NCBI GenBank assembly: GCA_032718475.1
Contig: JAUCBJ010002864.1
Span: forward strand, 5,760 to 69,759
Source: Nemertoderma westbladi
Taxonomy: Eukaryota > Animalia > Xenacoelomorpha
Reading direction: 5' to 3'
DNA length: 64,000 nucleotides
The notes under the pieces are model-generated. The model saw only the letters and a list, made by a program, of their open reading frames with translations, ran no database searches and had not been told where the DNA came from. A program made the translations under genes and the position numbers. Below, in pieces: positions 39,411 through 53,600 of this stretch. Position 1 is the first letter of the stretch, and each line of letters opens with the position of its first letter.

Positions 39411-42194
39411 TCGTTGTCTCTTTTATTTGAAATAAAAAGTCGGTTCCTTATCGGGCCGCTAGGCCCGTCACTAGTTAGGAACCGAGAGGTTCATTACTGT
39501 AAGAATTGTTGGCTGATTGATTGACTGGCTGGTTTAGGAACCGAGAGGTTCATTACTGTAAGAATTGTTGGCTGATTGATTGACTGGCTGGTTAATCTAT
39601 AGCCAAAACTACTCTAACGATTTTGATGAAATTTTCACAGCGGCTGGATACCGCGATTCTAAGGTCCCTGGTATGTTCCGCTATTTCGTCCATGAGCCGT
39701 GGGCTCGAAAAATAGACATAAACGAAAAAACGGCATAGGCGCAATGGTAAAATAACACCAATGACAGCTGGTGTCCTGATGAAAAATGGTTTATGTAATG
39801 CATTTCTACACAAGGCTTAGTAATAAATCGATGAGGTTGCCAAGATTATTATACTTAGTACACCCATACTGTTTGTTTAGGCCCTGCACTCTCTGTCAAA
39901 GCAAATATTAACTGGTTGATTTAGTTTGTGGTTCTACACAGGCTTAGTATAAATCGATGAGGCTGCCAACTGCAATCTATTACCGCCTCAGCTGAATAAC
40001 TCTTCCCCCTGCTGAATGACTATTAGGTATACAGTGTATCGGCTACATTAATGCCAACATTAATACTGTGGAGGCTGTATGCTTATAAGGTGGAATGTTT
40101 ACTCAGCCTTATACTGATACTCTGTAAGGCTAAGACCAACATTATTGCAAAATGTTTTATTGTTGGATTACTCTCTGTCAGTCTCCCCTTCAGAACATTG
40201 TATAGGGAATTTAGTTTAGTTTACTCTACTGTGCCATTCAGCTGAATGGATTTGAGCAATTGCCAAGTTACAGAGTTGGATCATTCTCTGACCATAGGCA
40301 AAGACATCAAATCTTTTTAAAAATATACTTTTTCCATGTTTTTTTTCTGACCAAAAATTTAAAAAAAAAATTTTTGTAGCCAGTACTGCCAATCGATTCG
40401 CCATCAAAAATAACGCAAAAAATTTTTTTTGCAAAATTTGAAATTACTGTAAATTTTTGGGGACTGGGGGGGGGGTCAATTTTTTTCGATCCGCTATAAC
40501 TTCGGAACGCTTTGTCCAAATTCGATGGGGTTTTTATTTTTCAACTTAATTCGACGTCCTCTTTCAGCCTATTTTTCGAAACCCCAAACAGCACCGTTCA
40601 AAAATTAATTTTTTCTAGTTCTAGAATTTTACAAATTTCAAAAAAGTTGCAGGTATTTTATTAACGCCTTTACGGAATTTGATAGCGTTTTCGATTTTTA
40701 TATTAAACGCAATATCCTGAATCTCACTAGCCTAGTTTCGCGTCACCAATGCCAAGACTTCATACTTTTAGAGGAAAATTTTTCTAGAATAATTTTTATT
40801 TAATTACATTTATCGCGATTTCTTATTACTGGTTGCACATGAATTGATGGAGTTTTCAATTTATTAACTAAACACGATATCGCGCATCGCACTAGCGTGG
40901 TTTCGAAATTCCAAAACGAGGTCTTCACTAGTTGCATGTCGTTTTTGTTCTAGAATTGAGCAACTTATAATAGATTGAATTTATTAATAATTATTGTATG
41001 AAATATGATTGTATTTTTACATAATGATTAGTTCTATACTAATTCTCGTTGTCTCTTTTATTTAAAATAAAAAGTCGGTTCCTTATCGGGCCGCTAGGCC
41101 CGTCACTAGTTAGGAACCGAGAGGTTCATTACTGTAAGAATTGCTCGAGACTGGCTGACTGACTGACTAATCTACAGCCAAAACTACTCTAACGATTTTG
41201 ATGAAATTTTCACAGCGGCTAGATACCGCGATTCTAAGGTCCCTGGAATGTTCCGCTATTTTGTCCATGAGCCGTGGGCTCGAAAAATAGACATAAACGA
41301 AAAAACGCCATAGGCGCAATGGTAAAAACACCAGCTGGCACTCATGAAAAATGCATAGAGATGGCCTAGTAATGCTATTCTATAGGAATGGCCACCTAAC
41401 AAGGAAATGCTTTCTCTGCCAAGTATTATCCTCACTCTACAACTCAGACAGTAAGCAAACAAAAGCTGTGGGATTCTAATGTATTACATCATAAGCTGAT
41501 TGCTCTCCCAATAGCCCTCACACACTCACTGAATCCAATGAAATCGAATATCTATTAGCTTAATGCGAATAGCTGGTAAGCTGAATGCCATTTTAGTTAT
41601 TGTGTACTGTTGATAGCAGAGTTGACTGCTATGTTGTATGTATTTAATTAAAATAATTTTCGTAGAGGGAAATTAATTTGGGATTACTTTCTATCAGATG
41701 TAAGCAAAGCTGTTCAATGGGGTGGGTCATGGGACCCAAATATAGTACATTATGCATGGCAAACATTAATAAAATCATTCAGTCAACCTGGAGGGTATTT
41801 GCTTAGTTAACTCTACTGTGCGAAAAACGAATTTATAATGTTACCCATACTTCAGGTGAATGAATTTTTAGATATTTGTACTGAAGGCAACGATTTCTGA
41901 TATAATTAAAATACAAGACAGGGGCTTGTTTCGATATATGTAGTTGCGCCCTTCTAGCAGCACGTGAGATGATCAAATAATAGACACAATGTTTGACTTT
42001 GTCCCTTCGAGCAGCACGTGAGTTTTGCTTTGACCCTTCGATATATGTATTTGCGCCCTTCGAGCAGCACGTGAATTACATCAAATAATAGACACATTTT
42101 TTGACTTTGTCCCTTCGAGCAGCACGTGAGTTTTGCTTTGACCCTTCGATATATGTATTTGCGCCCTTCGAGCAGCACGGGGAGTCGACTCAGA

Positions 42195-43198
42195 CCGAGC
42201 CAAGCCGAACCAAGCCGAGCCAAGCCGAGCCGAGCCGAGCCGAGCCGAGCCGAGCCGAGCCGAGCCGAGCCGAGCCGAGCCGAGCCGAGCCGAGCCGAGC
42301 CGAGCCGAGCCGAGCCGAGCCGAGCCGAGCCGAGCCGAGCCGAGCCGAGCCGAGCAGAGCCGAGCAGAGCCGAGCCGAGTCGAGCCGAGCCGAGCCGAGC
42401 CGAGCCGAGCCGAGCCGAGCCGAGCCGAGCCGAGCCGAGCCAAGCCGAGCTGAGCCGAGCAGGGCCCAGCCGGGCCAAGCCGAGCCGGGCCGAGCCGAGC
42501 CGAGCCGAGACGAGCCGAGCCGAGCCGAGCCGAGCCGAGCCGAGCCGAGCCGAGCCGAGCCGAGCCGAGCCGAGCCGAGCCGAACCGAACCGAACCGAGC
42601 CGAGCCGAGCCGAGCCGAGCAGGGCCCAGCCGGGCCAAGCCGAGCCAGGCCGAGCCGAGCCGAGCCGAGCCGAGCCGAGCCGAGCCGAGCCGAGCCGAGC
42701 CGAGCCGAGCCGAGTCGAGCCGAGCCGTGTCGACCGTGTCATGCCAAATTGAGCCCGGATTGAGCCCAATCAAGCTGAGTCGAGCCCAATCGAGCCGAGT
42801 CGAGCCAGACTGAGCCTAGTCAAGCCCAAATCGAATTGAGTCGAGCCCAATCGAGCCGGGTCGAGCCCAATCAAGCCTAGTCGAGCCCAATTGAGCCGGA
42901 CCGAGCCAAGTCGAGCCCAATCGAGCCAGACTGAGCCAAGTTGAGCCAAATCGATCCGAGTCAAGCCCAATCAATCCCAATTGAGCCGATTCGAGCCGAG
43001 TCGAGCAGATTGAGCTGAATCGAGCCCAATTGAGCCAAGTCGAGCTGGACCGAGCCGAGTCGAACCCAATCGAGCTGATTGAGCCGAATCAAGCTGAGTC
43101 GAGTCAGATCGAGCCGAGCCAAGCCTAATCGAGCCAAACCGAGCCGATCAAGCCAAGTCGAACTAAATCGTGCCCAATCGTGCAAGACCGAGCCGAGC
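42195..43198. repeat. (CGAGC)n microsatellite, ~530-bp near-pure tract plus degenerate tail
   Basis: Direct reading; source of the AEPSR/LGSAR ORFs. Confidence 0.95.
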
Positions 43199-45844
43199 TC
43201 GTTGTCTCTTTTATTTGAAATAAAAAGTTGGTTCCTTATCGGGCCGCTAGGCCCGTCACTAGTTAGGAACCGAGAGGTTCATTACTGTAAGAATTGCTCG
43301 TGGCTGGCTGGCTGACTGGCTAATCTACAGCCAAAACTACTCTAACGATTTTGATGAAATTTTCACAGCGGCTGGCTGACCGGATTCTAAGGTCCCTGGC
43401 ATGATCGGCTACTCCGTCCATAGCCTCTGGGCTCGAAAAATAGACATAAACGAAAAAACGCCATAGGCGCAATGGTAAAATAACACCAATGACAGCTGGT
43501 GTCCTCATGAAAAATGGCTTATGTAATGCATTTCTACACAAGGCTTAGTATAAATCGATGAGGTTGCCAAGATTATTGTACTCAGTACACCCATACTGTT
43601 TGTTTAGGCCCTAGGACACTCTGTCAAAGCAAATATTAACTGGTTGGTTTAGTTTGAATCTTTGCCTCAGCTGAATTACTCTTCCCAATGCATTCTATGC
43701 GAATATCTCCCTCTGCTAATGTAAGCTGAATGACTTTAGTACACAGTGTGTTGGCTACATTAATGCCAACATTATTGCAAAATGTTTTATTGTTGGATTA
43801 CTCTCTGTCAGTCTCCCCTTCAGAACATTGTATAGGGAATTTACTTTAGTTTACTCTACTGTGCCATTCAGCTGAATGGATTTGAGCGATTGCCAAGTTA
43901 CAGAGTTGGATCATTCTCTGACCATAGGCAAAGACATCAAATCTTTTTAAGAATATACTTTTTCCATGTTTTTTTTTCTGACCAAAAATTTCAAAAAAAT
44001 TTTTCGTAGCCAGTACTGCCAATCGATTCGCCATCAAAAATAACGCAAAAAATTTTTTTTGCAAAATTTTAAATTACTGTAAATTTTTGGCGACTGGGGG
44101 GGGGGGTCAATTTTTTTCGATCCGCTATAACTCCGGAACGCTTTGTCCAAATTCGATGGGGTTTTCATTTTTCAACTTAATTCGATGTCCTCTTTCAGCC
44201 TATCCATGTTTCGAAACCCCAAACAGCGCCGTTCAAAAATTATTTTTTTCTAGTTCTAGAATTTTACAAATTTCAAAAAAGTTGCAGTATTTTATTAACG
44301 CCTTTACGGAATTCGATAGCGTTTTCGATTTTTATATTAAACGCAATATCCTGAATCTCACTAGCCTAGTTTCGCGTCACCAATGCCAAGACTTCATACT
44401 TTTTGAGGAAAATTTTTCTAGAATAATTTTTATTTAATTACATTTATCGCGATTTCTTATTACTGGTTGCACATGAATTGATGGAGTTTTCAATTTATTA
44501 ACTAAACACGATATCGCGCATCGCACCAGCGTGGTTTCGAAATTCCAAAACGAGGTCTTCACTAGTTGCAGGTCGATTTTGTTCTAGAATTGAGCAACTA
44601 ATAATAGATCGAATTTATTAATAATTATTGTATGAAATATGATTGTATTTTTACATAATTATTAGTTCTATACTAATTCTCGTTGTCTCTTTTATTTAAA
44701 ATAAAAAGTCGGTTCCTTATCGGGCCGCTAGGCCCGTCACTAGTTAGGAACCGAGAGGTTCATTACTGTAAGAATTGCTCGCTGATGACTGGCTGGCTGG
44801 CTGGCTGGCTGACTGACTGATCTACAGCCAAAACTACTCTAACGATTTTGATGAAATTTTCACAGCGGCTAGATACCGCGATTCTAAGGTCCCTGGTATG
44901 TTCCGCTATTTCGTCCATGAGCCGTGGGCTCGAAAAATAGACATAAACGAAAAAACGCCATAGGCGCAATGATAAAAACACCAGCTGGCACTCATGAAAA
45001 ATGCATAGAGATGGCCTAGTAATGCTATTCTATAGGAATGGCCACCTAACAAGGAAATGCTTTCTCTGCCAAGTATTATCCTCACTCTACAACTCAGACA
45101 GTAAGCAAACAAAAGCTGTGGGATTCTAATGTATTACATCATAAGCTGATTGCTCTCCCAATAGCCCTCACACACTCACTGAATCCAATGAAATCGAATA
45201 TCTATTAGCTTAATGCGAATAGCTGGTAAGCTGAATGCCATTTTAGTTATTGTGTACTGTTGATAGCAGAGTTGACTGCTATGTTGTATGTATTTAATTA
45301 AAATAATTTTCGTAGAGGGAAGTTAATTTGGGATTACTTTCTATCAGATGTAAGCAAAGCTGTTCAATGGGGTGGGTCATGGGACCCAAATATAGTACAT
45401 TATGCATGGCAAACATTAATAAAATCATTCAGTCAACCTGGAGGGTATTTGCTTAGTTAACTCTACTGTGCGAAAAACGAATTTATAATGTTACCCATAC
45501 TTCAGGTGAATGAATTTTTAGATATTTGTACTGAAGGCAACGATTTCTGATATAATTAAAATACAAGACAGGGGCTTGTTTCGATATATGTAGTTGCGCC
45601 CTTCTAGCAGCACGTGAGATGATCAAATAATAGACACAATGTTTGACTTTGTCCCTTCGAGCAGCACGTGAGTTTTGCTTTGACCCTTCGATATATGTAT
45701 TTGCGCCCTTCGAGCAGCACGTGAATTACATCAAATAATAGACACATTGTTTGACTTTGTCCCTTCGAGCAGCACGTGAGTTTTGCTTTGACCCTTCGAT
45801 ATATGTATTTGCGCCCTTCGAGCAGCACGGGGAGTCGACTCAGA

Positions 45845-46430
45845 CCGAGCCAAGCCGAGCCAAGCCGAGCCGAGCCGAGCCGAGCCGAGCCGAGCCGAGC
45901 CGAGCCGAGCCGAGCCGAGCCGAGCCGAGCCGAGCCGAGCCGAGCCGAGCCGAGCCGAGCCGAGCCGAGCCGAGCCGAGCCGAGCCGAGCCGAGCCGAGC
46001 CGAGCCGAGCCGAGCCGAGCCGAGCCGAGCCGAGCCGAGCCGAGCCGAGCCGAGCCACGAGCCGAGCCGAGCCGAGCCGAGCCGAGCCGTGCCGAGCCGA
46101 GCCGAGCCGAGCCGAGCCGAACCGAGCCGAGCCGAGCCGAGCCAGGCCGAGCCGAGCCGAGCCGAGCAAAGCCGAGCCGAGCCGAGCCGAGCCGAGCCGA
46201 GCCGAGCCGAGCCGAGCCGAGCCGAGCCGAGCCGAGCCGAGCCGAGCCGAGCCGAGCCGAGCCGAGCCGAGCCGAGCCGAGCCGAGCCGAGCCGAGCCGA
46301 GCCGAGCCGAGCCGAGCCGAGCCGAGCCGAGCCGAGCCGAGCTGAGCCGAGCCGAGCCCAATCGAGCCAAACCGAGCCGATCAAGCCAAGTCGAACTTAA
46401 TCGTGCCCAATCGTGCAAGACCGAGCCGAG
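45845..46430. repeat. (CGAGC)n microsatellite, ~500-bp near-pure tract
   Basis: Direct reading. Confidence 0.95.
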
Positions 46431-49354
46431 CTCGTTGTCTCTTTTATTTGAAATAAAAAGTCGGTTCCTTATCGGGCCGCTAGGCCCGTCACTAGTTAGG
46501 AACCGAGAGGTTCATTACTGTAAGAATTGTTAGCTGACTGGCTGGCTGACTGGCTGATCTACAGCCAAAACTACTCTAACGATTTTGATGAAATTTTCGC
46601 AGCATCTAGATACCGCGATTCTAAGGTCCCTGGCATGATAGGCTACTCCGTCCATGAGCCTCTGGGCTCGAAAAATAGACATAAACGAAAAAACGCCATA
46701 GGCGCAATGGTAAAATAACACCAATAACAGCTGGTGTCGTGATGAAAAATGGCTTATGTAATGGATTTCTACACAAGGCTTAGTATAAATCGATGAGGTT
46801 GCCAAGATTATTGTACTTAGTACACCCATACTGTTTGTTTAGGCCCTAGGACACTCTGTCAAAGCAAATATTAACTGGTTGGTTTAGTTTGAAATCTATT
46901 ATCGCCTCAGCTGAATTACTCTTCCCAATGCATTCTATGAGAATATCTCACTCTGCTAATGTAAGCTGAATGACTTTAAGTACACAGTGTGTTGGCTACA
47001 TTAATGCCAACATTATTGCAAAATGTTTTATTGTTGGATTACTCTGTCAGTCTCCCCTTCAGAACATTGTATAGGGAATTTACTTTAGTTTACTCTACTG
47101 TGCCATTCAGCTGAATGGATTTGAGCGATTGCCAAGTTACAGAGTTGGATCATTCTCTGACCATAGGCAAAGACATCAAATCTTTTTAATGTTTTCCATG
47201 TTTTTTTTTCTGACCAAAAATTTCAAAAAAAATTTTTCGTAGCCAGTACTGCCAATCGATTCGCCATCAAAAATAACGCAAAAAATTTTTTTTGCAAAAT
47301 TTTAAATTACTGTAAATTTTTGGCGACTGGGGGGGGGGGGGGTCAATTTTTTTCGATCCGCTATAACTCCGGAACGCTTTGTCCAAATTCGATGGGGTTT
47401 TCATTTTTCAACTTAATTCGATGTCCTCTTTCAGCCTATCCATGTTTCGAAACCCCAAACAGCGCCGTTCAAAAATTAATTTTTTCTAGTTCTAGAATTT
47501 TACAAATTTCAAAAAAGTTGCAGTATTTTATTAACGCCTTTACGGAATTCGATAGCGTTTTCGATTTTTATATTAAACGCAATATCCTGAATCTCCCTAG
47601 CCTAGTTTCGCGTCACCAATGCCAAGACTTCATACTTTTTGAGGAAAATTTTTCAAGAATAATTTTTATTTAATTACATTTATCGCGATTTCTTATTACT
47701 GGTTGCACATGAATTGATGGAGTTTTCAATTTATTAACTAAACACGATATCGCGCATCGCACCAGTGAGGTTTCGGAATTCCAAAACGAGGTCTTCACTG
47801 GTTACAGGTCGATTATGTTCTAGAATTGAGCAACTAATAATAGATCGAATTTATTAATAATTATTGTATGAAATATGATTGTATTTTTACATAATTATTA
47901 GTTCTATGCTAATTCTCGTTGTCTCTTTTATTTAAAATAAAAAGTCGGTTCCTTATCGGGCCGCTAGGCCCGTCACTAGTTAGGAACCGAGAGGTTCATT
48001 ACTGTAAGAATTGTTGGTGGCTGGCTGACTGGCTGGCTGACTGACTGATCTACAGCCAAAACTGCTCTAACGATTTTGATGAAATTTTCACAGCATCTAG
48101 ATACCGCGATTATAAGGTCCCTGGTATGTTGCGCTATTTCGTCCATGAGCCGTGGGCTCGAAAAATAGACATAAACGAAAAAACGCCATAGGCGCAATGG
48201 TAAAATAACACCAATAACAGCTGGTGTCGTGATGAAAAATGGCTTATGTAATGCATTTCTACAGAAGGCTTATTAATAAATCGATGAGGTTGCCAAGATT
48301 ATTATACTCAGTACACCCATACTGTTTGTATAGGCCACCACTCTCTGTCAAAGCAAACATTATTAACTGGTTGGTTTAGTTTGAAATCTAATATCGCCTC
48401 AGCTGAATTACTCTTCCCAATGCCATCTATGGGAATATCTCACTCTGCTAATGTAAGCTGAATGACTGTTACGTACACAGTGAGTTGGCTACATTAATGC
48501 CAACATTATTGCAAAATGTTTTATTGTTGGATTACTCTGTCAGTCACCCCTTCAGAACCAAAAATTTCAAAAAAAAATTTTTCGTAGCCAGTACTGCCAA
48601 TCGATTCGCCATCAAAAATAACGCAAAAAATTTTTTTTGCAAAATTTTAAATTACTGTAAATTTTTGCCGACTGGGGGGGGTCAATTTTTTTCGATCCGC
48701 TATAACTCCGGAACGCTTTGTCCAAATTCGATGGGGTTTTCATTTTTCAACTTAATTTGATGTCCTCTTTCAGCCTATCCATGTTTCCAAACCCCAAACA
48801 GCGCCGTTCAAAAATTAATTTTTTCCAGTTCTAGAATTTTACAAATTTCAAAAAAGTTGCAGTATTTTATTAACCCCTTTACGGAATTCGATAGCGTTTT
48901 CGATTTTTATATTAAACGCAATATCCTGAATCTCACTAGCCTAGTTTCGCGTCACCAACGCCAAGACTTCATACTTTTTGAGGAAAATCTTTCTAGAATA
49001 ATTTTTATTTAATTACATTTATCGCGATTTCTTATTACTGGTTGCACATGAACTGATGGAGTTTTCAATTTATTAACTAAACACGATATCGCGCATCGCA
49101 CCAGAGTGGTTTCGAAATTCCAAAACGAGGTCTTCACTAGTTGCAGGTCAATTTTGTTCTAGAATTGAGTAACTAATAATAGATCGAATTTATTTAATTA
49201 TTGTATGAAATAAGATTGTATTTTTACATAATTATTAGTTCTATAATAATTCTCGTTGTCTCTTTTATTTGAAATAAAAAGTCGGTTCCTTATCGGGCCG
49301 CTAGGCCCGTCACTAGTTAGGAACCGAGAGGTTCATTACTGTAAGAATTGCTCG

Positions 49355-49385
<31 letters not shown>

Positions 49386-50391
49386 TCTACAGCCAAAACT
49401 ACTCTAACGATTTTGATGAAATTTTCACAGCGGCTAGATACCGCGATTCTAAGGTCCCTGGTATGTTCCGCTATTCCGTCCATAGCCTCTGGGCTCGAAA
49501 AATAGACGTAAACGAAAAAACGCCATAGGCGCAATGATAAAAACACCAGCTGGCACTCATGAAAAATGGATAGAGATAGCCTAGTAATACTATTCTATAG
49601 GAATGGCCACCTAACAAGGAAATGCTTTCTTTGCCAAGTATTATCCTCACTCTACAACTCAGACAGTAAGCAAACAAAAGCCGTGGGATTCTAATGTATT
49701 ACATCATAAGCTGATTGCTCTCCCAATAGCCCTCACACACTCACTGAATCGAATGAAATCGTATATCTATTAGCTTAATGCGAATAGCTGGTAAGCTGAA
49801 TGCCATTTTAGTTATTGTGTACTGTTGATTGCAGAGTTGACTGCTATGTTGTATGTATTTAATTAAAATAATTTTCGTAGAGGGAAGTTAATTTGGGATT
49901 ACTTTCTATCAGATGTAAGCAAAGCTGTTCAATGGGGTAGTACATTATGCATGGCAAACATTAATAAAATCATTCAGTCAACCTGGAGGGTATTTGCTTA
50001 GTTAACTCTACTGTGCGAAAAACGAATTTATAATGTTACCCATACTTCAGGTGAATGAATTTTTAGATATTTGTACTGAAGGCAAGGATTTCTGATATAA
50101 TTAAAATACAAGACAGGGGCTTGTTTCGATATATGTAGTTGCGCCCTTCTAGCAGCACGTGAGATAATCAAATAATAGACACAATGTTTGACTTTGTCCC
50201 TTCGAGCAGCACGTGAGTTTTGCTTTGACCCTTCGATATATATGTATTTGCGCCCTTCGAGCAGCACGTGAATTACATCAAATAATAGACACATTGTTTG
50301 ACTTTGTCCCTTCGAGCAGCACGTGAGTTTTGCTTTGACCCTTCGATATATGTATTTGCGCCCTTCGAGCAGCACGGGGAGTCGACTCAGA

Positions 50392-50642
50392 CCGAGCCGA
50401 GCCGAGCCGAGCCGAGCCGAGCCAAGCCAAGCCGAGCCGAGCCAAGCCGAGCCGAGCCGAGCCGAGCCGAGCCGAGCCGAGCCGAGCCGAGCCGAGCCGA
50501 GCCAAACCGAGCCGAGCAAAAACCGAGCCGAGCCAAGCCGAGCCGAGCCGAGCCGAGCCGAGCCGAGCCGAGCCGAGCCGAGCCGAGCCGATCAAGCCAA
50601 GTCGAACTTAATCGTGCCCAATCGTGCAAGACCGAGCCGAGC
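50392..50642. repeat. (CGAGC)n microsatellite, ~200 bp
   Basis: Direct reading. Confidence 0.95.
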
Positions 50643-53600
50643 TCGTTGTCTCATTTATTTGAAATAAAAAGTCGGTTCCTTATCGGGCCGCTAGGCCCGT
50701 CACTAGTTAGGAACCGAGAGGTTCATTACTGTAAGAATTGTTGGCTGATTGATTGACTGGCTGGTTAATCTATAGCCAAAACTACTCTAACGATTTTGAT
50801 GAAATTTTCACAGCGGCTGGATACCGCGATTCTAAGGTCCCTGGTATGTTCCGCTATTTCGTCCATGAGCCGTGGGCTCGAAAAATAGACATAAACGAAA
50901 AAACACCATAGGCGCAATGGTAAAATATCACCAATAACAGCTGGTGTCGTGATGAAAAATGGCTTACGTAATGGATTTCTACACATGGCTTAGAATAAAT
51001 CGATGAGGTTGCCAAGATTATTGTACTCAGTACACCCATACTGTTTGTTTAGGCCCTAGGACACTCTGTCAAAGCAAATATTAACTGGTTGGTTTAGTTT
51101 GAAATCTATTATCGTCTCAGCTGAATTACTCTTCCCAATGCAGTCTATGGAAATATCTCACTCTGCTAATATAAGCTGAATGACTTACGTACACAGTGTG
51201 TTGGCTACATTAATGCCAACATTATTGCAAAATGTTTTATTGTTGGATTACTCTCTGTCAGTCTCCCCTTCAGAACATTGTACAGGGAATTTACTTTAGT
51301 TTACTCTACTGTGCCATTCAGCTGAATGGATTTGAGCGATTGCCAAGTTACAGAGTTGGATCATTCTCTGACCATAGGCAAAGACATGAAATCTTTTTAA
51401 AAATATACTTTTTCCATGTTTTTTTTTCTGACCAAAAATTTCAAAAAAAAAATTTTCGTAGCCAGTACTGCCAATCGATTCGCCATCAAAAATAACGCAA
51501 AAAATTTTTTTTGCAAAATTTTAAATTACTGTAAATTTTTGGCGACTGGGGGGGGTCAATTTTTTTCGATCCGCTATAACTCCGGAACGCTTTGTCCAAA
51601 TTCGATGGGGTTTTCATTTTTCAACTTAATTCGATGTCCTCTTTCAGCCTATCCATGTTTCGAAACCTCAAACAGCGCCGTTCAAAAATTAATTTTTTCT
51701 AGTTCTAGAATTTTACAAATTTCAAAAAAGTTGCAGTATTTTATTAATGCCTTTACGGAATTCGATAGCGTTTTCGATTTTTATATTAAACGCAATATCC
51801 TGAATCTCACTAGCCTAGTTTCGCGTCACCAACGCCAAGACTTCATACTTTTTGAGGAAAATTTTTCTAGATTAATTTTTATTTAATTACATTTATCGCG
51901 ATTTCTTATTACTGGTTGCACATGAACTGATGGAGTTTTCAATTTATTAACTAAACACGATATCGCGCATCGCACCAGCGTAGTTTCGAAATTCCAAAAC
52001 GAGGTCTTCACTAGTTGCAGGTCGATTTTGTTCTAGAATTGAGCAACTAATAATAGATCAAATTTATTAATAATTATTGTATGAAATATGATTGTATTTT
52101 TACATAATTATTAGTTCTATACTAATTCTCGTTGTCTCTTTTAATTAAAATAAAAAGTCGGTTCCTTATCGGGCCGCTAGGCCCGTCACTAGTTAGGAAC
52201 CGAGAGGTTCATTACTGTAAGAATTGCTCGAGACTGGCTGACTGACTGACTGACTGACTAATCTACAGCCAAAACTACTCTAACGATTTTGATGAAATTT
52301 TCACAGCGGCTAGATACCGCGATTCTAAGGTCCCTGGTATGTTCCGCTATTTCGTCCATGAGCCGTGGGCTCGAAAAATAGACATAAACGAAAAAACGCC
52401 ATAGGCGCAATGGTAAAATAACACCCATGACAGCTGGTGTCGTGATGAAAAATGGCTTATGTAATGCATTTCTACAGAAGGCTTAGTAATAAATCGATGA
52501 GGTTGCCAAGATTATTATACTCAGTACACCCATACTGTTTGTATAGGCCACCACTCTCTGTCAAAGCAAACATTATTAACTGGTTGGTTTAGTTTGAAAT
52601 CTAATATCGCCTCAGCTGAATTACTCTTCCCAATGCCATCTATGGGAATATCTCACTCTGCTAATGTAAGCTGAATGACTGTTACTTACACAGTGAGTTG
52701 GCTACATTAATGCCAACATTATTGCAAAATGTTTTATTGTTGGATTACTCTCTGTCAGTCACCCCTTCAGAACATTGTATAGGGAATTTACTTTAGTTTA
52801 CTCTACTGTGCCATTCAGCTGAATGGATTTGAGCGATTGCCAAGTTACAGAGTTGGATCATTCTCTGACCATAGGCAAAGACATCAAATCTTTTTAAAAA
52901 TATACTTTTTCCATGTTTTTTTTTCTGACCAAAAATTTCAAAAAAAATTTTTTCTTAGCCAGTACTGCCAATCGATTCGCCATCAAAAATAACGCAAAAA
53001 ATTTTTTTTGCAAAATTTTAAATTACTGTAAATTTTTGGCGACTGGGGGGGGTCAATTTTTTTCGATCCGCTATAACTCCAGAACGCTTTGTCCAAATTC
53101 GATGGGGTTTTCATTTTTCAACTTAATTAGATGTCCTCTTTCAGCCTATCCATGTTTCCAAACCCCAAACACCGCCGTTCAAAAATAAATTTTTTCTAGT
53201 TCTAGAATTTTACTAATTTCAAAAAAGTTGCAGTATTTTATTAACGCCTTTACGGAATTCGATAGCGTTTTCGATTTTTATATTAAACGCAATATCCTGA
53301 ATCTCACTAGCCTAGTTTCGCGTCACCAATGCCAAGACTTCATACTTTTTGAGGAAAATTTTTCTAGAATAATTTTTATTTAATTACATTTATCGCGATT
53401 TCTTATTACTGGATGCACATGAATTGATGGAGTTATCAATTTATTAACTAAACACGATATCGCGCATCGCACCAGCGTGGTTTCGAAATTCCAAAACGAG
53501 GTCTTCACTAATTGCAGGTCGATTTTGTTCTAGAATGGAGCAACTAATAATAGATCGAATTTATTAATAATTATTGTATGAAATAAGATTGTATTTTTAC

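Noticed and set aside
41954-46533. Long AEPSR/LGSAR repeat ORFs (also at 38628, 50028, 57228, 59735)
   Set aside because: Stop-free translation of the (CGAGC)n microsatellite in all frames.
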